Shown here: positions 30,684 through 40,653 of the stretch, in pieces
Position numbering within the stretch: position 1 is the first letter of the stretch
Layout of the letters: each line of letters opens with the position of its first letter
DNA from: an uncultured Rubripirellula sp.
Lineage (GTDB): Bacteria; Planctomycetota; Planctomycetia; Pirellulales; Pirellulaceae
Assembly (NCBI GenBank): GCA_938085445.1
Contig: CALKGR010000003.1
Coordinates: 32,001 to 96,000, forward strand
DNA: 64,000 nt
Direction: 5' to 3'
Program-made: the position numbers and the translations under genes
The notes under the pieces: generated by a model
Told to the model about the DNA's origin: nothing
Databases searched by the model: none
What the model saw: only the letters and a program-made list of their open reading frames with translations

Positions 30684-32879
30684 ATGAAGGTTGGCAGCGG
30701 GGGCGGATTCCGAGCAATTCACTACACTTGGAAAAAGGGACGGGAAGCAGGTGGATTGTGGAAGCTGTATAAAGCCATGCGGACCCGCAACTCGTGCAAA
30801 ACCTGTGCGCTGGGAATGGGTGGCCAGAAAGGTGGCATGGTCAATGAAACCGGATCTTTTCCGGAAGTCTGCAAAAAATCACTGCAGGCTATGGTTGCCG
30901 ATATGCAACCGGCCATTGAACCAACTTTCTGGAAACAGAATTCGATTTCCGAGTTAAAAGAACTGACACCTCGTGAACTGGAGCATCTGGGTCGACTCGT
31001 TCATCCGATCAGATACCGCAAAGGTACCTCACACTTTGAAACCGTAACGTGGCAGGAAGCCTATGCTGCGATTATCGAAAAACTTCGCCACACCGCTGCC
31101 GACCGCACGTTCTGGTATTTCAGTGGACGTAGTAGCAATGAAGCAGGATTTCTGCTGCAGTTGATGGCTCGAGTTTACGGCACCAACAACGTCAACAATT
31201 GCAGTTACTACTGTCATCAAGCAAGTGGTGTGGGACTTCAAACAGCAATCGGAAGCGGTACAGCAACCGTGGTGCTGGAAGATGTAGATGATGCTGACTG
31301 TATCTTTGTGATTGGCGGAAACCCTGCCAGTAACCACCCCCGTTTGATGACCAGCCTGATGCATCTGCGACGTAGGGGAGGCAAGGTCGTTGTGATCAAT
31401 CCCGTCCGTGAAACAGGAATGCTGAAGTTCCGGGTCCCAAGCGACCCTGTTTCTCTTTTAAAAGGTTCCAAGATTGCAAGCCACTATGTGCAACCACACA
31501 TTGGAGGGGATCTGGCACTTCTTTGGGGCGTTGCAAAGGCTGTCAGTCAACTTGACGCACTGGATTTGGATTTCCTTCAAAACCATTGCAATGATTTTGA
31601 AAGTTGGCAACACACGATCAACACGATTACCTGGGAAGAGATCGAAACAAAATCAGGGGTGCCGCGCAGCGACATTGAGAACATTGCAAAAATTTACGCC
31701 GATTCCAAACGGTGCATCTTCGCATGGACCATGGGGATTACCCATCATGCACATGGTGTCCAGAATGTACAGGCAGTAGCAAACCTTGCACTCTGCCGGG
31801 GAATGGTCGGTAAACCCGGATGTGGCCTGATGCCAATTCGGGGTCACAGCAATGTGCAGGGTATGGGTAGCGTGGGAGTCACTCCAAAACTGAAGACACA
31901 AATTTTTGATGCACTCCAATCAAAATATCAGGTCAAGCTACCAACAACTGTTGGAAAAGATACTCTGGAGTGTATGGAAGCAGCCAGCCGGTTCGAGCTG
32001 TCATTTGGATTTTCATTAGGTGGAAATCTATTCGGTTCGAACCCGGATTCGAAATTTGCAGCAGAAGCTCTTTCACGTTTAGACATGAATGTGATGCTTA
32101 GCACCACCATGAATACTGGCCACGTGAATGGCTTGGCTGCTGAGACCTACATTCTGCCGGTGCTGGCCCGTGATGAAGAATCGACCCCCACGACACAGGA
32201 ATCGATGTTCAACTATGTGCGTCTGAGCGATGGCGGTCCGCGACGCCTGCCGGGACCACGAAGTGAGGTTGAAGTGATCGCCGAGCTTGGCAAACGCCTA
32301 CTCCCCGACGCGAGTGGAGTTGACTGGAACACCATGCAGCAAACCAGCACCATTCGACAATGGATCGCTGATGTCGTCCCCGGATACGAACAAATTGCTG
32401 ACATCGAAGTATCAAAACAAGAATTTCAAATCAGTGGGCGAACATTTCACAAACCAAAGTTTGCCACCGAGGATGGCAGAGCAAATCTGCACACACACAC
32501 CATTCCCGAGCTCAAGGGTCGCCAAGATAAGGAATTGCGACTCATGACGGTTCGGAGTGAGGGTCAATTCAATACGGTCGTTTACGAAGAAGAAGACCTC
32601 TATCGCAATCAGACCCGTCGCGACATCATCCTGATGCACCCCGATGATCTCAAACGCCTAGGGCTAGAGCACGAAGATCTCGTGGACGTCACGAGTGACA
32701 CGGGCGTCTTGCCAAACATTTTTGTGAGATCCTACGAATCTATTCGACCCGGCAATGCTCTGATGTACTTCCCAGAAGCGAATGTTCTCGTCTCCCGGCA
32801 TGCCGATCCGGCTAGCAAAACGCCTGCTTTCAAGGGAGTCGTCATTCGTGTCGTTTCTTCCCCACGGCGACCCAGCTAA
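30684..32879 (+). CDS. FdhF/YdeP family molybdopterin oxidoreductase
   Basis: CKTC...EVCKK, FYFSGRSSNEA-type motif (WYFSGRSSNEA), NNCSYYCH, PIRGHSNVQG and LMTVRSEGQFNT. Confidence 0.9.
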   Translation: MKVGSGGGFRAIHYTWKKGREAGGLWKLYKAMRTRNSCKTCALGMGGQKGGMVNETGSFPEVCKKSLQAMVADMQPAIEPTFWKQNSISELKELTPRELEHLGRLVHPIRYRKGTSHFETVTWQEAYAAIIEKLRHTAADRTFWYFSGRSSNEAGFLLQLMARVYGTNNVNNCSYYCHQASGVGLQTAIGSGTATVVLEDVDDADCIFVIGGNPASNHPRLMTSLMHLRRRGGKVVVINPVRETGMLKFRVPSDPVSLLKGSKIASHYVQPHIGGDLALLWGVAKAVSQLDALDLDFLQNHCNDFESWQHTINTITWEEIETKSGVPRSDIENIAKIYADSKRCIFAWTMGITHHAHGVQNVQAVANLALCRGMVGKPGCGLMPIRGHSNVQGMGSVGVTPKLKTQIFDALQSKYQVKLPTTVGKDTLECMEAASRFELSFGFSLGGNLFGSNPDSKFAAEALSRLDMNVMLSTTMNTGHVNGLAAETYILPVLARDEESTPTTQESMFNYVRLSDGGPRRLPGPRSEVEVIAELGKRLLPDASGVDWNTMQQTSTIRQWIADVVPGYEQIADIEVSKQEFQISGRTFHKPKFATEDGRANLHTHTIPELKGRQDKELRLMTVRSEGQFNTVVYEEEDLYRNQTRRDIILMHPDDLKRLGLEHEDLVDVTSDTGVLPNIFVRSYESIRPGNALMYFPEANVLVSRHADPASKTPAFKGVVIRVVSSPRRPS

Positions 32880-33014
32880 GCCAACTAAACGTGTTTCACG
32901 ATCCCCCGGTGAAACAATCCTCTGAGATTCAACATCGACGCGGAAAGGCGATTCATGTTATCAGCCTGAATTACACTCTGGCTCTCGCTGCGCGCATAGC
33001 GCGCTCTCGCGAAT

Positions 33015-35621
33015 ATGGAAATTTCAATGATTGACCTATTTGGTAATTCCGTACAACTTTTAGGCATGCCGCTGTCATCTGCTGCTTTATTTTTGTTGGC
33101 AGGCACGTTGCTCGGACACTTGCTTTGGTATCGCGATCATGGAAAGGCCGCTGTCAGTAATCCAGATCTGGAAACACGCTACCTGAAGGTTCGAAGTTCG
33201 CTCAAACAACGTAAAAATCAGGTCAAAGAACTGCAAAAACAGAACGCATCCATCGATGAGGACTTAGCAATCCTGCGACAAGCGCACTCAACTCTCCGTT
33301 CCAAACACAAACGCTTGGAACAGATTTCGCAAAGCTCACAAGATGAAATCAACCAATTTCGCCATTCTCTCAATGAAGCCGAAATTCAACTTGGGAATGA
33401 GGAAAAGCGTAGCCAGACGGTCATTGAGCAGCTGCAAGAAATGATTGAAAACAATGCGACATTAACGATAGAGAGCCAGTCTCATCAAGAAAGCTTCGAA
33501 CGGCTAGATCAGCAATATCGCCAACGTATTTCCGAGCTTGAAACTGCTCAGTGCGAACTCGATACTTTTCGAACGCAGGCACGGGCCCAACAAACTGAGC
33601 TGGAGCAAAAACAAGGTTCGATAAGAAAGCTCGAAGAACATATTGTCACGAAGGAACAGTCTTTTTTGGAAACGCGTGAGGCTTTACAGGAAACTCAACG
33701 GGATTTGGTGGCACGATGTGAAGACATCGATGCGCTTCGCACAGAAAGAGACCATCTTCGACAACAATCACAGGCCCACGTACATACGCTAACACGACTT
33801 GAAACTGACCTCACCTCATCGAAACTCATTCAGGCTGAACGTGATGAGTTGGCAAAAGATCTCGCGGTAGCGGCTAATTCACTTGCCGAACAACGACAAG
33901 CTTTAGACCAATGTGAGTCACACCTGGAACTTCAAACCACTAAGCTCGCTGAACGAGAACAACAGTTAAGCGATCTCAACGTAAAGCTTGTGGATGAACG
34001 GGAAAACCGTTTACAGCTGGAACAATTCAACACCGCCTGCCAAAAACAACTCGCCGACTTGGAGTCTCAACTCAGCGTCGAAACAACAGCATGTGCACAA
34101 TCTGATCTTGCTCTAAATACTGCTCAAAATGCGAATGCCGAGTCACAAGTACAGATCTCTCATCTCTCCCTTGAACTTGCACAGTCCAATACCAAGGAAA
34201 TTGCTTTCCGGTCAAAAGTTGCTGACCTGCAAAAAACCGTTGAACGACAAGAACAACAAGTCATCGAGTTATGTGCTATTCGCGAGGAAAATGTAATTCA
34301 CTCCTTGGAATTGGCCGAAACGAGAGCACAACTGGCGTTGGAAACCTCTGCCTTGGCCGAACTAAGAGAGAAGGCAAACGACTGGCATGCTGTCCAAACT
34401 GAATTGGAAACAGCACAGCAGACAATTCAGCAATACCACATACGCAACACAGAATTTGAAAGCCGCTTCCTTCAAAACACGGTTCAAATTACGGAATTGA
34501 GTCGTCAGGCCGCGTGCGTTCCTGAACTCGAACTTGCACTGAAACACAGACAATCTGAACTCGAGCTTGCCTGTAGCCAAATCGAACAGCACGAGGCCAA
34601 CGTTCTCACTGCCGAACGAATATGTGATGAAACCGAAGGCGAACTCGCGATCACCATTGCTGAAATTCACGCATTGGAAGATCGCATCCTATCAATGTCC
34701 AACGAAGTTGGCTTTCTCTCCACCGACAATGCACTTCTTTCGACCGCCAACCAACAGGCTGCTGAGCACGCACGGCAAATGCAAAGAGAACTGAAACAGG
34801 CCAGCATTAGCCAGCAGCAACTCGATGAATGTCACACTGAACTGCAGGTCGTAAAACAGGAGTGCGAGCAGCTGACCGGTACACGCGACGATCTCGAAGC
34901 TACCGTCAGTCGACTAGGCAAACAAATCACGAATCATCTGACAGAAGCCAAACAGCTGAATGAGAGATTGTCACAGACAGCGATTGAACATGAGAAACTG
35001 GAATTGGCTTTTAAATCTGAAGTAGAGGCACGGGACACCACCATTGCTGAGTTGAAAACACAGTTGAAGGCCAGATCGCAGCAGCACGATGCCATTGTTG
35101 ATGATCTGGCAGCAAAAACAAGCAAACTGGACGAACGACAAACTGAGATCGACGAGCTGACGAATCAACTTGAAATGGCGAGAACCGCTCACGATCAAAA
35201 ACTACAGCTAACGGCAGAAATAAATGAAGTGAAAAAACAACTGAAATCCAAATCGCAACAATGTGAGGCCCTGGTCAACGATATCAGTATGAAAAGCAAT
35301 GAAGTCGCGCAGCAACTTCGTGAAATCGAAGGCTTATCGAATGAACTGGATGGTGCTCGATCTGACCGCAAAGAGCGGGATCTGCTGAGACAGGAGGTCA
35401 CAGAATTAAGAGCGCACCTTGGTTGCATCCGCAAGGAACTCGAAGATAGCCTGGACACCAACGCCAAGGGGCAGGACCAAATCCGCGACATGGAAAATCA
35501 ACTGCATGATCACGTTAAAAAGATTCGGGACCTGCGTCGTGAACGAAACGCCGCCTCAGCAATTCAGATCACAGATGACCCCCAGAAACCGAAAACTGAC
35601 TCTGATAAGAAAGCTGCGTAA
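33015..35621 (+). CDS. Membrane-anchored long coiled-coil protein
   Basis: One N-terminal TM helix followed by about 800 aa of E/Q/L/A-rich heptad sequence; no Walker motifs. Confidence 0.8.
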   Translation: MEISMIDLFGNSVQLLGMPLSSAALFLLAGTLLGHLLWYRDHGKAAVSNPDLETRYLKVRSSLKQRKNQVKELQKQNASIDEDLAILRQAHSTLRSKHKRLEQISQSSQDEINQFRHSLNEAEIQLGNEEKRSQTVIEQLQEMIENNATLTIESQSHQESFERLDQQYRQRISELETAQCELDTFRTQARAQQTELEQKQGSIRKLEEHIVTKEQSFLETREALQETQRDLVARCEDIDALRTERDHLRQQSQAHVHTLTRLETDLTSSKLIQAERDELAKDLAVAANSLAEQRQALDQCESHLELQTTKLAEREQQLSDLNVKLVDERENRLQLEQFNTACQKQLADLESQLSVETTACAQSDLALNTAQNANAESQVQISHLSLELAQSNTKEIAFRSKVADLQKTVERQEQQVIELCAIREENVIHSLELAETRAQLALETSALAELREKANDWHAVQTELETAQQTIQQYHIRNTEFESRFLQNTVQITELSRQAACVPELELALKHRQSELELACSQIEQHEANVLTAERICDETEGELAITIAEIHALEDRILSMSNEVGFLSTDNALLSTANQQAAEHARQMQRELKQASISQQQLDECHTELQVVKQECEQLTGTRDDLEATVSRLGKQITNHLTEAKQLNERLSQTAIEHEKLELAFKSEVEARDTTIAELKTQLKARSQQHDAIVDDLAAKTSKLDERQTEIDELTNQLEMARTAHDQKLQLTAEINEVKKQLKSKSQQCEALVNDISMKSNEVAQQLREIEGLSNELDGARSDRKERDLLRQEVTELRAHLGCIRKELEDSLDTNAKGQDQIRDMENQLHDHVKKIRDLRRERNAASAIQITDDPQKPKTDSDKKAA

Positions 35622-35740
35622 CAAACAGTAACCAGAAGCGGTGAGCGGCATGCGACCGATCACTCGTGATCATGCCTCGCTGTGTATGTGTTTCAGCGGT
35701 TGCTTGTTATTGAATAGCAAGCGACTCTCTGCATCGCACG

Positions 35741-36049
35741 TCACGGATTCTGCGTATTCTCAGTATCTGGAGGTAGATCACCCTGCAGTACAGCGGGCCC
35801 TTCTGTTGAAAGCGGATTGCCAGACTCGCCCGCTTGCGGCGCGTCAAATTTCATGGGGCGAGCACGTTGCATATTGAAAGTTGAAGTTGGTCTTGAGAAG
35901 ACGAACAGGCCTGACAGACCTAATGCCAAGAGCACGAAAGTAACCACAACCCATCTCACCCATCCCCCATTTTTGGCAACTGGTTTGGAGTCCGTCACCT
36001 CATGAGGACTTCGATAAGGGTCCTTTTGGCTGTTCTTCTTTTCGACCAT
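35741..36049 (-). CDS. Small single-TM protein
   Basis: DPYRSP motif followed by one hydrophobic helix; directly downstream of prfB. Confidence 0.55.
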   Translation of the reverse strand: MVEKKNSQKDPYRSPHEVTDSKPVAKNGGWVRWVVVTFVLLALGLSGLFVFSRPTSTFNMQRARPMKFDAPQAGESGNPLSTEGPAVLQGDLPPDTENTQNP

Positions 36050-36079
36050 CAGTTGATTACCTTTGATCCTCATTGAGGA

Positions 36080-37193
36080 CTAAGCCTTGGTATCTGTCTT
36101 GCCTGCTTTCAGACGCAGGAACGCATCAAAAAATCCCTGCAGTTCACTACCATCCAACACGCTGTTGAAGTTACCAACATAGTGACCAGTTCTGGAATCT
36201 TTCACGCGCTGATCAGGATGCAAAAAGTAGTTCCGGATCTGACTTCCAAAACCGGTGCGGGCTTGGGTTTCATATTTCTTTGCTTCCTCTGCTTCCCGCT
36301 TCTCTTCTTCTAGGCGAGCCATCTTCGCACGTAGCATTTTCCAGGCCGTTGCCCTGTTTTGATGTTGGCTACGTTCATTCTGACACTGAACGACCGTGTT
36401 GGTCGGGAGGTGTGTCAATCTGATCGCGCTGTCTGTTTTATTGACATGCTGACCTCCAGCACCACCAGCACGATAGCGGTCTTCTCTGACATCTTTTTCT
36501 TCGATATCGATCTCTATCGAATCATCAATCTCGGGGGATACACCAACCGCTGCAAAGCTGGTTTGTCGTTTTCCTTCACTATTAAAAGGGCTGATCCTGA
36601 CCAACCGATGCATGCCCTCTTCACCTTTCAAGTAGCCATAAGCCATCGGTCCGCGCACAGCAATGGAAGCATGATTGATACCAGCTTCTTCATTTTCCTG
36701 CCGGTCCAACAGATCGATGCTGTATCCTTCACTGACAGCCCACGCGGAATACATTCGCAGCATCATGTCTGCCCAATCGTTGGCATCAGTTCCACCGTCA
36801 CGAGCATTGATTGACAAGATGGCGCCTGCCGAATCATTGGGACCGTTGAGCAGAGCTTTGAGTTCAAGTTCCTCGAGGATTTTTTCCAAGCGGGCGATCT
36901 CGCCAGCGACCTCCTCCGCGATCGACTCATCCTCTTCTGCCATTTCAAATAGCGCAGCAAGATCTTCCACCGAGGACGTCAATTCATCCATCGGGCCGAC
37001 AATGGCCTTGAGTGACTTAAGATCCGCGACTGTTTTTTGAGCCGACTCATTGTCGTCCCAAAATCCCGGATCACCCATCTTCACTTCAATTTGCTTGATT
37101 TCTTCCTGTTTGGAAGCGTAGTCAAAGAGAGTCTCCGAGTTGTTTCAGGCGCTCGTGAATCTCATTACTGCGGTTAACCAATTCAGCATCCAT
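36080..37193 (-). CDS. prfB: Peptide chain release factor 2, expressed via programmed +1 frameshift (about 370 aa)
   Basis: A 23-codon first segment (MDAEL...GDSL, 37193-37125) is followed by CTT-TGA-C. The +1 frame continues DYASKQEEIKQIE into the ORF containing the SPF and GGQ motifs. Confidence 0.96.
37121..37136 (-). promoter_or_regulatory. prfB programmed frameshift site
   Basis: Minus strand GGAGAC TCT CTT TGA C: internal SD-like GGAG followed by the slippery CTT-TGA-C. Confidence 0.92.
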
Positions 37194-37333
37194 TCTCGTG
37201 ACGGTCTCCATGCGTATGATGTGGGATAGGAATTCGATCGCGTCGGCAATCGAAATCAGATGAATGGCTGCTGCCCCCCCGACTTGGCGTTGATGGGGAA
37301 CAATCATGACCTCTCACTGGAGTTGAACTATAC

Positions 37334-38473
37334 ATGGCCCGAGTCGTTCTCGCGATGAGTGGCGGCGTTGATTCAAGCGTTGCTGCGCACCTGCTGTTGG
37401 AATCCGGTCACGAAGTGATAGGTGTTTTCATGCGTCACGGAGAGGAATCCAGTCAAGCTTGTCGAGTTGAAGATGGGAAACCTGGGCTTCCAGTGCTCGG
37501 TGGGATGGCCCAAGGACGAGCCGATCACAAACAGGGCTGCTGTACGGCGTCTGACGCAGCCGATGCGAGACGTGTGGCCTCGCGAATGGACATTCCGTTC
37601 TATGCGCTCGACTTACAGGAAGATTTTCGCCGAATTGTCGACTACTTCGTCGACGATTACCTACACGGTCGGACCCCCAATCCGTGTGTGAGATGTAATC
37701 AATGGATCAAATTTGGACGACTTTTCGACTATGCCGACGGTGTTGATGCCGAATTTGTTGCCACCGGGCACTACGCCCAAAAGGTCACGATGAATGGGAA
37801 GCCCTGCTCTCACGAGCTCCATCGAGGACTCGATTCGGCAAAAGATCAGTCTTATGCCCTCTTCGGGATACGCCCCGAATTACTTCCCAGAATGCTGTTA
37901 CCGGTCGGGGGATTTAAGAAGCCAAAAATTCGGGAAATCGCCGAAGAACTTGGCCTGGGGGTCGCTGGGAAGAAAGATAGTCAGGAAATCTGCTTCGTCA
38001 CTCAGGGACACCACAGCGATTTCGTTCGAGCCCGAGAACCAGAAAAATCTGCTCACACCAGTGGTGAGATCATTACCACAGATGGCGAAATAGTCGGTAA
38101 GCACGCTGGCTACGAAGCATTTACGATCGGACAACGGAAGGGACTGGGAGTAGCCATGGGTACACCTTTCTTCGTCACCGAAATCAATCCTAGTACTAAT
38201 CAGGTCGTGATTGGTTCCAAAGATCAACTGGCAAAACCCGGACTCACCGCAAATGAGGCGAATTGGCTCGTCGACCCAACGAACCTGCCTGGACGAGTAT
38301 CAATCCAAATTCGCTACAACGCCCCTCCCCAACCTGCTCAGATCATCGTTGATCCATCTGATCAAACACGGTTTTCAGCGGAATTTGACGTGCCCCAACT
38401 AGCGGTAGCACCGGGCCAGGCAGCGGTTGTTTACGACGGGACCCGGGTTCTCGGAGGTGGCTGGATTGAATGA
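37334..38473 (+). CDS. mnmA: tRNA 2-thiouridine(34) synthase
   Basis: AMSGGVDSSV, TPNPCVRCN, ATGHYA, KDQSY, DSQEICF, TIGQRKGL and APGQ. Confidence 0.96.
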   Translation: MARVVLAMSGGVDSSVAAHLLLESGHEVIGVFMRHGEESSQACRVEDGKPGLPVLGGMAQGRADHKQGCCTASDAADARRVASRMDIPFYALDLQEDFRRIVDYFVDDYLHGRTPNPCVRCNQWIKFGRLFDYADGVDAEFVATGHYAQKVTMNGKPCSHELHRGLDSAKDQSYALFGIRPELLPRMLLPVGGFKKPKIREIAEELGLGVAGKKDSQEICFVTQGHHSDFVRAREPEKSAHTSGEIITTDGEIVGKHAGYEAFTIGQRKGLGVAMGTPFFVTEINPSTNQVVIGSKDQLAKPGLTANEANWLVDPTNLPGRVSIQIRYNAPPQPAQIIVDPSDQTRFSAEFDVPQLAVAPGQAAVVYDGTRVLGGGWIE

Positions 38474-38760
38474 TTCAGGCCTCGTGGACATCCCGAATTC
38501 CGATAGCCTTAGACCATTCGGCTAGACACTTCAAGCTCTTGGGAGGCGACCGCTGGCGTCGTAACCGGACCACACAACACAACTGATTACCCCCATCAAC
38601 GCCGATACTGTCGAAAAACGTTTGCCGCCGGCGGTTCTCAAGATTACAGTTTGGGTGATTAATCAACACACCTTTTCTCGGCCCACCGGCTAGTCCATTC
38701 GACAAACCGCTGCCAGTTCCGGGCTTACTCTACATCTTTCTGGGGGAGGATGCTTCCGCG

Positions 38761-39621
38761 ATGAAAAAATACGCATTGACCATCTTTGCAGTCGCTTTGG
38801 CGACGATTGGCAACTTGAGTGCCAATTACGTATCAGCTCAAAACCAAAGTGCTATCCTGGCCGAAACTTATGGCCAAGGTGTGCATGCCTACAACGGTGG
38901 ACGCTTGACTGATGCTCTCGAATTCTTCTCTCTCGCAATCGAGAATGGTAGTCAGGACCCACGTGTCCACTACTACCGTGGAATCGTCAATTACGTTTCG
39001 GGACGTCCAGAAGAGGCTGTAAAAGATTGGCAGGCCGGTGCTAGCATCGAAGCCTTGGGCGGCCCAAATCCATCCATCGGTCGGTCGCTCGCAAGGTTCC
39101 AAGGAAATGGCCGGCTCAAGCTCGAATCAATTCGCCAAGCAGCCCGAATCAAGGCTTTGGCAGAAGCCAATGCAAGATCCCTTCAACGCTACGGCGAAAT
39201 TCAGGCAACACCTGAAAATTCGGCCGCCGTCAAGCCAGCTCCCCGCGTTCCATCACGACCTGTCACGCCACCACCAACGCCGCCCGCAGCAGCCAACCCT
39301 TTTGCCTCAGGCATTGGTGGCCAGCCTGCACCCACCAAAATGGCAAATGACGCTCTTGCGGGAGCAATGAAAGAACCATTCGATGACAAGCCCAACGCTG
39401 CAGCTGGCGCTGCACCTGCAGCCGCTGCTGCCGATCCATTCGGAGGCGGAGGTGCTCCCGCAGCTGGTGCTGATCCGTTCGGAGGCGGAGGTGGTGCTCC
39501 CGCAGCTGGTGCTGATCCGTTCGGAGGCGGAGGAGGTGCTCCCGCAGCTGGTGCTGATCCGTTCGGGGGTGGAGGAGGTGGCGCTGCTGACCCGTTCGGC
39601 GGTGACCCCTTCGGAGGTTAG
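38761..39621 (+). CDS. Secreted TPR-like protein with Pro-rich linker and DPFGG repeat tail
   Basis: Signal peptide; TPR-like YGQGVHAY...DPRVHYYRG; low-complexity C-terminus; SD GGAGG upstream. Confidence 0.8.
   Translation: MKKYALTIFAVALATIGNLSANYVSAQNQSAILAETYGQGVHAYNGGRLTDALEFFSLAIENGSQDPRVHYYRGIVNYVSGRPEEAVKDWQAGASIEALGGPNPSIGRSLARFQGNGRLKLESIRQAARIKALAEANARSLQRYGEIQATPENSAAVKPAPRVPSRPVTPPPTPPAAANPFASGIGGQPAPTKMANDALAGAMKEPFDDKPNAAAGAAPAAAAADPFGGGGAPAAGADPFGGGGGAPAAGADPFGGGGGAPAAGADPFGGGGGGAADPFGGDPFGG
39433..39618 (+). repeat. Coding tandem repeat (units of 39, 42, 42, 33, 15 and 15 nt) encoding DPFGGGG(G)APAAGA
   Basis: Near-identical GATCCGTTCGGAGGCGGAGGT...GCTCCCGCAGCTGGTGCT units, all in frame. 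Confidence 0.9.
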
Positions 39622-39661
39622 CCCCATGACTCTGGGCAATCTTGCCTGAAAAAATACAACA

Positions 39662-39697
39662 ACGGCGAGCAGAGGAATCTGCTCGCCGTCTTTTTTT
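39662..39697 (+). terminator. Rho-independent terminator
   Basis: ACGGCGAGCAGA-ggaa-TCTGCTCGCCGT 12-bp stem followed by C and T7. Confidence 0.9.
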
Positions 39698-39793
39698 ATA
39701 ATCACCGAAGATCTACTACACTGAGCAATTGACGTTATCCATCGTACTCATTGAACCATCGAGATACTCCATCTGCCAAAGCGTGAGCCACAC

Positions 39794-40459
39794 ATGATTC
39801 GATTCCTGTCTGCATGCCTTATCATTTCACTTGCAACCACAGCATGGTCGCAAAACCAGACTACCAAAGCACAGAAAGGTGTCGCTGTCGCTAAAAAGGG
39901 AACACCAAAGGTTGATGCAAAAATTGACGGGATCTGGAAGACTTGCCCTAAATACTTAGTCAATCAACCCATTGCCGAAGTCTTGGAAATTGATCCGAAA
40001 GATATGGCAACAGCGACGGTTCGATTGCTTTGGGACGATCGCTACCTGTACGCGTTGTGGGTGGTCAAAGACTCAGAATTATCTGCTGATGCAGGCGACG
40101 ATTGGGCTCAAGATTCGGTGGAATTATTTCTCGACCAGCGACAGGACAAGTCCACATCCTATGACACTGATGATGCTCAATACCGTGTCAATTTTGAAGG
40201 CAAGATGTCAGGGCAGGGCACTGGCTACGATGAAGTGGATATCAAAGCAGCAACAGCGAAGAACAAGAAGGGCTACATCGTCGAAATGGCTATTCGTACC
40301 CACGCCGCAGACATGAAAGTGGGGACTGTCATGGGCGTCGAATTTCAAGTCAATGATGAACATGATCGTGCCCAACGTGATGCAATCGCGAAATGGTTCC
40401 ACACCCAAGACGATTCATGGCAGGATACTTCCACGTTTGGAACGCTTGAACTGAAGTGA
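39794..40459 (+). CDS. Secreted stand-alone CBM9-like sugar-binding protein
   Basis: Signal peptide, TPKVDAKIDGIW, LLWDDRYLY, QDSVELFLD, DDAQYRVNF and FGTLEL. Confidence 0.8.
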   Translation: MIRFLSACLIISLATTAWSQNQTTKAQKGVAVAKKGTPKVDAKIDGIWKTCPKYLVNQPIAEVLEIDPKDMATATVRLLWDDRYLYALWVVKDSELSADAGDDWAQDSVELFLDQRQDKSTSYDTDDAQYRVNFEGKMSGQGTGYDEVDIKAATAKNKKGYIVEMAIRTHAADMKVGTVMGVEFQVNDEHDRAQRDAIAKWFHTQDDSWQDTSTFGTLELK

Positions 40460-40653
40460 TGCAAGATGTTTGAACATGGTTCAACTTAACCACCACAGAG
40501 CCTGTGCCATTACTGGAAACAGTTTGCAAGATTCCGCTGAAACAAGCTGAGACTTGCAACGAGAAAGAATGCCCGCCATCAGGATCACATCATCAGTTTG
40601 ATCTGATCCTCAAGTCGCTAAACGTGATCTGCACTTCGTTACCAAGGGACTGG

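Noticed and set aside
33015..35621. Coiled-coil protein as SMC partner of ScpB
   Set aside because: No Walker A/B, signature motif or hinge; it has a TM anchor.
36080..37307. prfB as a frameshifted pseudogene
   Set aside because: The break is the canonical CTT-TGA-C programmed frameshift.
39433..39618. Repeat array as a possible CRISPR
   Set aside because: Units are contiguous, in frame and lack unique spacers; no cas genes in the window.
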